Positions 1 through 8,700 of a DNA stretch of 31,864 bases are shown in pieces. The stretch is from Paraphysomonas bandaiensis. Its lineage: Eukaryota; Protista; Chrysophyceae. Location of the stretch: NCBI GenBank assembly GCA_965644295.1, contig CBFFRP010000589.1, positions 1-31,864 of the forward strand, in the 5' to 3' direction. The position numbers and the translations under genes were made by a program. How positions within the stretch are numbered: the first letter of the stretch is position 1; each line of letters begins with the position of its first letter. The notes under the pieces were generated by a model. That model ran no database searches and had not been told where the DNA came from. It saw only the letters and a program-made list of their open reading frames with translations.

Positions 1-988
1 CGTCTAACTTGTTTTTTGTGATGGGAAAATTTTGACTATAAAATTTTTCTGTGTTGTATTCCATTAAATAACAGTAAAAAGCATGTCCTACCTCGTTATT
101 AAAGCATAGATTACGTAGCCATCCAAAATATTTTAAGTCATTACGTTTTTTACAACAAACATCACAAATAAAATACCTTCTTCCGCATTCCTCATTTAAA
201 CTGTAATTTGCATTAATTAAATAATTATTAATATTTGCAGCCTGATATGTTGACTCATGCTTTTGATTTATTATATAGACGTCGCTCGTCGTATATCGTT
301 TTAATTTAGTATTGATTGCGTCCCAGTCAGCCCTACTTTGTTTTTCTAATTCTTCAAAATATACAAATAATTTACCTCCTAGATCTGAATTAAATTTAGA
401 TGTCAATACGTCCGCGCCAGCCTCTAAACACAGGTCACGACCAAGTACGTAAGTATTCATAAATAGGGATATGGTTGATTTACCTATACCCTGAGGGCCT
501 TTTAAAAATATAATGGATTCATTTTTATTACCCTTTGTCATGTTTGCAAACCACTTTAATAAATATTCATATTGCGCCTGATCATTGGATGCCAATATTT
601 CTTTAATATATGATAAAAACGCCTGTACACCTTCCTTACTCTTATCATCAAAATCTTCATATGGTTTATAGTCATGTGCAAACTGAGCGGCTAAATTTAG
701 TTTCTTTTTATCAGGGAATATACCTTTACCAAGCTCATAAACTATTTTACGAAGGTTTTTAAATTCAGTGAAATAATATTTGGCTATCCGTTTATCCATT
801 CTGTTAAAATACGTTTCTTTAACTTTTTTGTGTTCCATAATGCTAAATGTTTTATGTCCTGTTCTAAGTGCATGTGCGCCGCTTGTAAGTGGGAAAAAAT
901 AATTTGTTACGTAAGCTTTGGACTGTTCATAAGTCAGGTTATCAAGGTGTTCTAAATCAAACTCTTCAAAACTCTCTTTTGTACTCAT
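1..988 (-). CDS. Superfamily 3 (D5-like) helicase, 3' end runs off the window
   Basis: Not in the ORF track because it has no stop in the window. Manual translation from ATG at 988: MSTKESFEEFDLEHL...YEYLLKWFANMTKGNKNESIIFLKGPQGIGKST (Walker A)...KFNSDLGGKLFVYFEEL (Walker B)...NYLINAN (motif C-like)...GRRYFI (arginine finger-like). Confidence 0.88.
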   Translation of the reverse strand, partial: MSTKESFEEFDLEHLDNLTYEQSKAYVTNYFFPLTSGAHALRTGHKTFSIMEHKKVKETYFNRMDKRIAKYYFTEFKNLRKIVYELGKGIFPDKKKLNLAAQFAHDYKPYEDFDDKSKEGVQAFLSYIKEILASNDQAQYEYLLKWFANMTKGNKNESIIFLKGPQGIGKSTISLFMNTYVLGRDLCLEAGADVLTSKFNSDLGGKLFVYFEELEKQSRADWDAINTKLKRYTTSDVYIINQKHESTYQAANINNYLINANYSLNEECGRRYFICDVCCKKRNDLKYFGWLRNLCFNNEVGHAFYCYLMEYNTEKFYSQNFPITKNKLD

Positions 989-1071
989 TAATATACAAAT
1001 ATATATTATTTTTTAAATAATAAATTTTTTAATTTTTTATTTTTTTAAAAATCTAAAGGTTTTTTATAAAT

Positions 1072-2027
1072 TTAATATTGCAATGTTGCAAAACCGTTTT
1101 CAATCAAAATGACTTGATCAAAATAAGCGTATGTATCTATGCGTGCGGTCACAGTGGGGGCACCTGAGGAAAAACGAGGCATAAAAAATATATCGTCAGT
1201 GCTAGAATTATAACCCTGGTATACTGTTTCCATACCTGAGCTGCTGTAACTTTCTAAATCTAAACCTAAATAAAAGTTGGATGATGCTGCACACCCGTCA
1301 TAATCGGCTGCTGTCTCGGTACTAGCATCTGACGCTTGCATATCATAAGTATTTATATTAATGCTTGGTTCATGATTCAAATCGCTTACGCTTCCAATTG
1401 CTCTGATCAATTCGCCGAAAAATTCAGGAAGGCAACTAGGTGCTTTAGTTGGTACGGTCTTACTACCTAATCTAACACTGTATGACTCTAGACCGAAATG
1501 ATTTGATGACAGAGGGAAATAGGTGACTTCTCCAGCGTGTTTATCGCGCATACTGAAAAATAGAGATCTTAAAGAGTTATATTTAGCGGGTACGGGAACA
1601 CTAAGTTCAACGTTAGCGGCAATATTTCCAGTATGTGAATAATTTCTGTAATCTTGTACAACCCACCTTAAAGGTCCATTTGATGCCAAATTAATTTTAT
1701 TCATTGCGTCATCTGATAACTCCATAAAATTACAAACATATTCAACGTCATTAATAGCTATTGATGTTATGGCTTTATTGCAACAAATGCCCTCTAATGG
1801 ATTATTAACCAGAACTATTTCTAGACGTAAAGGCGCGCCGGTCATTGCAAACAGTGGAATATATTTATCACTGTAGCTTAAAAAATTCATTATTGGTACT
1901 GTATAATATCGTTTAGTTGTACTGCCCCCATTTGCAACTTGTGTGAATTCATTAAGTCTTTCACCAACAATTAAACCCTCGTTTGTGCTTGTTGCGCTGT
2001 TAACAATACTGAAACTTTCCGTTCCTG
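1072..2027 (-). pseudogene. PLV major capsid protein, C-terminal part (interrupted by the Gypsy element)
   Basis: Beta-rich jelly-roll-like sequence (KYIPLFAMTGAPLRLEIVL, YNSLRSLFFSMR, FYLGLDLESY, DTYAYFDQVILIENG). It joins in frame to 10943-11346 once the insertion and one TSD copy are removed. Confidence 0.85.
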
Positions 2028-3387
2028 TGTGACCACGTGGCATTTCACATGCCTCAGTCACGTGTCTATAGTAAGTGCAAAACTACTAACTACGGGATGA
2101 AGACAGAGACGATAGAAGTATCAGAAACATATCATTATTACGCTACAGATTACTGAAGAACTAGCACTAGGACTGGAGGTACAATTTCCCATAATCTGCC
2201 AACAGCTCTTCGCCGGCCGCAACTGCCCGAGTGGTCTGCACCCAGACCACGTCCAAGCCGGACTCATCTACTACAAATTCGCAGTTGAAGCGCCAGCCAG
2301 CAGCATGGTCAGAAGGATACACCGTGTTTATATACCTACCATGATTATGAGGCACCCGGGCCAAATAAGCTTGGGACCCCAGCGGCCAAAGGTAACCTAT
2401 GTCCCGAGTGTCCCGCTCCGCATCTATATAGAAGTCCTTAGCTATCTCAAGTATGTATGCTCCCCAGCTAGGACGGGAGGTATACACTTCACCGCTGTAG
2501 AGGCAGAAACGCAGTCCTGGCTCCAAATCCTGTAAGGAGAATAAACCTTGCTGTTCAGGCTTATCGCCCTGCGGGTTGGCAATGTTTAGGCCAGACCGGA
2601 CTTCCACATAGGGATTCACTGTCCCACACCTCTGGTAGAAGTCCAACACGCACTGGTAGACTTCACCTCTTGCATCATACGATGACGAGTGCAAGTAAGG
2701 AACAACTTTGCACAGTTGCTTATGTGCATCAAGTTGTCCCTCGGGGCATCGAACGGAGCGTTCCCACATACGCCTAGCAGCAGCCCTTTCACGGTAGGCA
2801 CACCGATACCGATTGGACCTACGTAATAGAGAGCCCCGTCCCCTACGATTGCGAGGTTTAGGCTTAGTGGAGCCCGCTGCTGGATCTGTAGTGGCAGACA
2901 TTGTTTATGCAGCAATGGATATGATGTATGTATCTGATGTGGACATTGGTTCTTAGTCTGAGATAGTAGATGTAGGAAAAGCATCATACGGTATGCTGCA
3001 CACTCACATACATGTTGGTCCATTGTAATACAGTAGCAGTACTCTGAATACGCAGTATTCAACGGCTAATTTACAAACTGGCGAGTGTGGTGTGTGGTGT
3101 CATCGCGAGTGTGGTGTGTTGTGCTTGTTCTATGTTGCATTGCTTTACAGCTCAGTGTTTTGTTAAGTGTTGTTCTGTTTGTACACTAGTGTTCTGACTT
3201 CACTGGAGGTGGGGTTTGCGCGGTGATTCTTGGAGGGAGTCACTAGTACAAGCTTGCAACGCTTGACATACTGTTTAGAGTAATAATCATCCTGTTCTCC
3301 TGCAATCAGACGTACATATAGCTCTGGTTAACTCATTGTGTTTGTTTCTGCTGCACAGCCTTGGTTATCAAACCTGGCTGTGTCATA
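2028..3387 (+). repeat. 5' LTR (1360 bp), termini TGTGAC...GTCATA
   Basis: Matches 9884-10942 apart from a 301-bp indel and 6 substitutions (visual alignment). Confidence 0.95.
2167..2901 (-). CDS. SET-domain protein (putative lysine methyltransferase), antisense within the 5' LTR
   Basis: SET motifs in canonical order: QGLFSLQDL, CLYSGEV, YIDA, GRYINT (cf. RFINH), NCEF, TTRAVAAGEELLADYG..Y (cf. GEELxxDY). Basic NLS-like N-terminus KPKPRNRRGRG. Confidence 0.88.
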   Translation of the reverse strand: MSATTDPAAGSTKPKPRNRRGRGSLLRRSNRYRCAYRERAAARRMWERSVRCPEGQLDAHKQLCKVVPYLHSSSYDARGEVYQCVLDFYQRCGTVNPYVEVRSGLNIANPQGDKPEQQGLFSLQDLEPGLRFCLYSGEVYTSRPSWGAYILEIAKDFYIDAERDTRDIGYLWPLGSQAYLARVPHNHGRYINTVYPSDHAAGWRFNCEFVVDESGLDVVWVQTTRAVAAGEELLADYGKLYLQS

Positions 3388-3914
3388 GTAATTAATTACT
3401 GAAAAAAGCAGATCAGCGCTGATAGTAATTGTTACACATACAACTCATTTTGCAATATTTGCAACACTTGTTATTCTTGCACATTAGAATACTGAGCTTG
3501 GCCTTTATTAGCCTCCTCGTATTCGAATAGTCCTTAGAGTCTATAGATTGCATACCAGTGCAAGCTTAGGGATTAAGGAGTGATATCTTGCAGTGTTTGA
3601 GAATACATATCCGTGAGCGCGGACTCCGTTAGACTGCGTCGTTAAGAGTGTACCTTGAACACTGCAACAAACTCAACATTTTGGAAAACTGCTCTTATCG
3701 CATTGACAACTGACCGTCTGCGAAATGAGTGGATACCTCAATTATTGAGTGGGTGAGATAGACCTTGTAAGAGACTTGCAATACAATTTTATCGCATAGA
3801 CAACTGACTGCCTGCGAAATACTTGTACAGCAATATCTACATAGTTTGATCTTGCGATAGCTCCAATAAACCTGAGCCCAAGCTGTCCTGTAATTAATAA
3901 GACCGCAATTCAAA

Positions 3915-5717
3915 ATGTCTACTCCTAGTGGCAAAAGGACCAGCAAGAAGCCGTCCACTGCTCCACGGCGTCCTAAACCAGTGGTACAGGAGGACTCACC
4001 AGATAAAATAGATGAGAGTCAATACGAAGAAGCGCCCATGATGCCTTCACCTTCTGCCCCAGCATCCTCAGCAACCCAACAGATTCTGGACTCAGTACAG
4101 GAGATCCAAGGCACCCTGGGACAAGTAGCCTTTGCGATATCCAACCTAGACAGTAGGGTACAAGCTCTGGAGAGTTCTAAGAGAGCAGATACACCTGATT
4201 CACCAGACACCCAGAGTGATGACACACCTGATTCATTCAGTAGCAAGGGCAGTAAAGCAAGTACCACACCCAGGGGAGTCACTAAGCGTGCTAAGAAAGA
4301 CCGACCAAAACCCCGTTATTCCACTTTAGGAGATCTGGCTACATTCAGGAGATTGCCAGAGAAGAAAGAGCAACTGAGTGAGGAGAGCTCCGACTCAGAG
4401 CTTGAGGAAGAGGCAGAAGAACATTTGGGGCGTCTTGCCAGTGTTTTTGGAGAGAAACGTCCAGGAAAGTTCTTCCGGAATTTGAAACGCAGCGCCAAGG
4501 TGGCCCAAGCTAAGACTGTCAATATAACTAGGCTTGAGAAGAAGTGTCACGTCAGGATTGAGACATTCAAACTTGGTAGAGTTTCAAGGGCGATCAAGGA
4601 GATTCTGGATTTCCAAGAAGAGGAAGAAACAGAAGTCCGCATCCAGAAAGTTTTATCTAGAAACCTGAAGGATCACTTGCGTTCCGTCTATGATATTCAA
4701 CACGCAGAATTAGCTAGCATGGACATATCTGACCTCATGAGAATCGTAGCCCTAGAGACGAAAGTTTTCAGCTGTGTTGGGTTTTACAACGAGCTGAAAG
4801 AATCTCTCAGCCATATGAAGGTCATGGAGTGGGATAATGTCAACGCTGTCAATTTTGAAGCCTTCTATTTTCAACAACTTCGTTTGATAGAATCCTTTAA
4901 AAGGATGTTGTCTATCATGTTGGAAAATGAAAGCAACAGGCGTTGGTGTCCACAGGCTGACGACAAGGAATACGGCCTTATTAGGCTATTTAAAACCCTG
5001 AACGACGTCACATATGTGAAATTTGTTCTAGGTTGTATTCCGAAGAAGAAGTTCGACTTTATGGAAGACTTCTTCAAACTATATACGGAGGTACTGTTAG
5101 ACCATTACCAGATCACGATTGCTTATAAACAGTTGCCCTTCAAAGCAACCGTGCAACATCAGGCGAAGTATGAGGAATACATGAAGCGCAAGCGTGAAAT
5201 GTTTTCTAGACCTAAGTCTGGAGTGGCAAAGAATTCCACTAGCACCCACTCTTCTACCAGGTTATTTAACATGGAAGAGGAACAGGCTTCTTTTTCTTCA
5301 AATGAATTTTCTCATGATGAAGAAGATTTATGGGATGCCTATGGGGATACATGGAAAAGCAACAACCACAGTACCGATGTTCCTACTGGCGGCAAACCTA
5401 ATGGCGAGCCAGCGACCGAAACTTCTGAAGAGAAAGATACATCCGACTCAGAAGGAGCTTTGCAAGCTATGGATGGCCAGAATCCATCTCATAAACCCAA
5501 ACAAGAGAAGTATGGGTGCATGAGAAAAATCATGTATGGCAAGTGCGACAAGAGTGATTGTCGTTATAGCCATAATCCTAGAGCTCTCGCCAATACCGCT
5601 TCGGAATTGGCTGAGAAATCCCAAGCTTATTTGAAGACCACTTCTTCAACTTCGGGGTCTCAGGATAAACCTCCTGCTATTTTAAGGAGAGATCGCTTCG
5701 GCGACTCTCGTCCTTGA
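3915..5717 (+). CDS. gag: Gag-like protein (600 aa) with coiled-coil segment and C-terminal CCCH zinc finger
   Basis: Long ORF between the 5' LTR and pol; C-x8-C-x4-C-x3-H motif CMRKIMYGKCDKSDCRYSH at 5517-5573. Assignment rests mainly on position. Confidence 0.75.
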   Translation: MSTPSGKRTSKKPSTAPRRPKPVVQEDSPDKIDESQYEEAPMMPSPSAPASSATQQILDSVQEIQGTLGQVAFAISNLDSRVQALESSKRADTPDSPDTQSDDTPDSFSSKGSKASTTPRGVTKRAKKDRPKPRYSTLGDLATFRRLPEKKEQLSEESSDSELEEEAEEHLGRLASVFGEKRPGKFFRNLKRSAKVAQAKTVNITRLEKKCHVRIETFKLGRVSRAIKEILDFQEEEETEVRIQKVLSRNLKDHLRSVYDIQHAELASMDISDLMRIVALETKVFSCVGFYNELKESLSHMKVMEWDNVNAVNFEAFYFQQLRLIESFKRMLSIMLENESNRRWCPQADDKEYGLIRLFKTLNDVTYVKFVLGCIPKKKFDFMEDFFKLYTEVLLDHYQITIAYKQLPFKATVQHQAKYEEYMKRKREMFSRPKSGVAKNSTSTHSSTRLFNMEEEQASFSSNEFSHDEEDLWDAYGDTWKSNNHSTDVPTGGKPNGEPATETSEEKDTSDSEGALQAMDGQNPSHKPKQEKYGCMRKIMYGKCDKSDCRYSHNPRALANTASELAEKSQAYLKTTSSTSGSQDKPPAILRRDRFGDSRP

Positions 5718-5732
5718 GATAAGGAGGTTAAC

Positions 5733-8700
5733 ATGATTGAGGACCTAGAAGAACATGTGATCAGTGTTTGTGATGGGAATGATGATTGTGATTATCTCCC
5801 AGAGGCTAAAACATTGAATACTACTTCTTCAAAGGTCCATTTCAAGGATGGAGCTAAGCTGTATGCTTCATATCCTTCAGCCAAGAAATTTTCATCAGCA
5901 CATACTGTAGGTAGAGTAATTATAGACAAGAAGTTCGGAGTGGAAGAATTAGTGAAAGTTTTATGTGACACAGGAGCCCTATCCGCTAACTACGTAGCAC
6001 GTGATCTTGTGGATAGATTGCGTACCAAGCTAGAACCTAGCAGGTTCTACAAGGTCAAACACCGTGTGGTTTTGGCAGACAGTAGAACCGTAAAGGATCT
6101 TGACGAAGGGGTTCGATTGAACTTAGTGTTTACCGATCCCAAGAGTCACACTTACCAGTACACTGGTGAGTTCATCGTGATCGACATGTCATCTAATGAC
6201 ATTATTTTGGGACTACCAGCCCTCACTGGGAAGCTATACCCTTTCATGTGTGCTGTCATGGAGCAGGCCCATGAGAATCATCTCGAAGATTCGGCTCAAG
6301 GGAACCATAATTTGAGTGCCCTACAAAATGAGGACATGGAATCCAGAGAGGAACACCGACGTCCCTGGAGTAAAGCGAATGATGCTATCGCTCCAGAAGA
6401 TAACGAGACTGAGTTACCCGTTCAATTCAAAGATGCTTTGACATTCCTCGGAAAGTCTAGAGAGGAAGCTCTTAACGACTACTATGAACAAATAGAAACT
6501 CACGTCAGTCAGGAGATGAAACAAGAGACCAACATTATGGATCTCTTATCTTCCAAAGCTGAGAAGGTATTCGTGCCTGATGAGTGGACAGGAGTCCGAG
6601 GTGTTGACCCTTTGACTCTTAAGTGGAAAGAAACTTTACCTGAAAGAATGAAACCCAGAGCCAGGCCGATCAACCCTAAGCTCTGGGAAGCATCCGAAAA
6701 GGAGTTCAGGAGACTATGTGGTTATTTTTACCAGAAGAGCAGATCTCCTTGGGCTTCATGCTTGGTGGTTGCTCCCAAGGCTACTCCACCTTATATCCGA
6801 TTCTGCGGGGATTATGTTAACATCAACAAGCACATGCAAGTGGGTAATTATACAATTCCCAATGTCAAGCATGAATTGGACAAGATCATCAATTTCCCAT
6901 TGTATATGGATATCGACTTGACCAACGCTTTCCATCAGATACCTCTAGCGGAAGAAACATCAGAGAGGCTTTCTATCCAGACGCCATGGGGCCAATATGC
7001 GCCAAAGTTCATGCCAGAAGGTATTGCGCCGGCTACTGGAATTCTGCAAGAGGTAGTCAGGGAAATATTTGAAGATTTTTCTGACTGGGCCATTGTAATA
7101 TTTGACAACATGTTGATATTGGCCAACGACCCTCAAGATGCGTATCAGAAATTTGAGAAAGTGATTGACAGATGCATCGAGAGGAATCTCAAACTGAAAA
7201 TGCCAAAGAGTTGGCTTGGATTTAGAAAAGTAGACTTCTTCGGATACGTATGCAGACACAAATCCTATGAAGTCAATCCTGAGAAGAAGGAAGCCCTAGG
7301 CAAAATCCCAATGCCTACCAACACCAAACAAGCGAGGTCTCTGCTTGGCAAGGGCGTGTTCTTTTCCAGTTTTACCCCTAGATATTCAGACTTGGTTGCT
7401 CATCTCACAGATTTGACCAAATCGAAATTCAATTGGGACAAGACTACGTGGCGGCACGATTATGAGGCTGAATATCGTCGCTTCATAAAAGGCCTGCAAG
7501 ATTCCTGCGAATTGTTCTACCCAGACTACAATTTGGAGTGGACACTGCGTACTGACGCTAGTGAGCTAGGAATCGGCTCGGTGCTTCTGCAGAAAAAGAT
7601 TCTCGCAGATGGAACAGAGCAGTTGCAACCCATTGCCTTCCTATCAAAGAAGTTTTCAGCTCAGGCTCAGAAATGGGCTACGATAGAGCAAGAAGCTTAT
7701 GGTATTTACTACAGTGTCAAGCACTTAGCGTACTATTTGATTGGGAAGCAGTTCACTATAGAGACTGACCACAATAATCTCTTGTGGATGGAGTCGTCTG
7801 AAGTACCTAAGATCACAAGATGGAGAATTTTCTTGCAATCTTTCAACTTCAGCATTAAACACATATCGGGTGCCAAGAATTGGTTAGCCGATTGGTTATC
7901 TCGGGAGCATCAAGTTGCGGCGTTGTCCGGTATATTCTTAGATGAAGACTATGCCGATGCCTACTTCCTTGGAGAGGACTGCACTGAGGATGAATTTTTT
8001 AACTTCTTGGGCAATTTTATGAACCCAGAAGACAGGGAAGTATCTCCTCATGCGCAAAGTTCAGTCACTCCCGAGGATGCCTTGCAACAAGTACATAATG
8101 CCCGAGTTGGACATCTCGGTGGGCGAGCCACTTGGATTCGACTTAATAAGCAATTCCCCGGCCATGGAATTCCTTACAAAGTAGTCGAAGACTTCATTGC
8201 GAAGTGTCCAAACTGTGTTAAGACTAGATTGGCGATGAAAGAAGCGCTGATCCCTATAGTCCGAAACCTTAAGCCTCCGAGCGCTCGGAGTGCTATTGGT
8301 ATTGATGCGGTAGAAATCACACCCCATGGTGCTGATGGATACACGCACATTAATGTCGTAGTCAACCTGTTCACCAAGTTAGTTTATCTTGAGCCAGTCA
8401 AAGGAGTGACTGCCCTCAACTTGGCAAACACGGTATGGAAGTATTGGAGTTACTACGGACACACTGATCTTATCATCTCAGATCAGGGTCCTGACCTAAC
8501 TTCCGATCTTTTCAAACAACTGACTGAATATATGGGCGTCCGACACACCTTCAGCATAGCCAACAGGCATGCTAATGGTTGTGAACGCATCATCGGTGAG
8601 GTGGTCCGACATTTGCGTGCCCTAGTATATGAAAACAGCAAGCGTGTAGAACGAAAGGATGTTTTTGAGGATCCCAGCTGGATACCCAGCGCTCAATACA

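Noticed and set aside
2028-2061. N-terminus MTEACEMPRGHT of the 329-aa ORF and C-terminus MTQPGLITKAVQQKQTQ of the 152-aa ORF as real protein ends
   Set aside because: Both are read-through into LTR sequence; the two ORFs are halves of one MCP gene.
5720-5728. Shine-Dalgarno sequence as evidence of a prokaryotic origin
   Set aside because: It is a single occurrence. LTR retrotransposons, a SET gene, a putative spliceosomal intron and PLV genes all indicate a eukaryotic nucleus.
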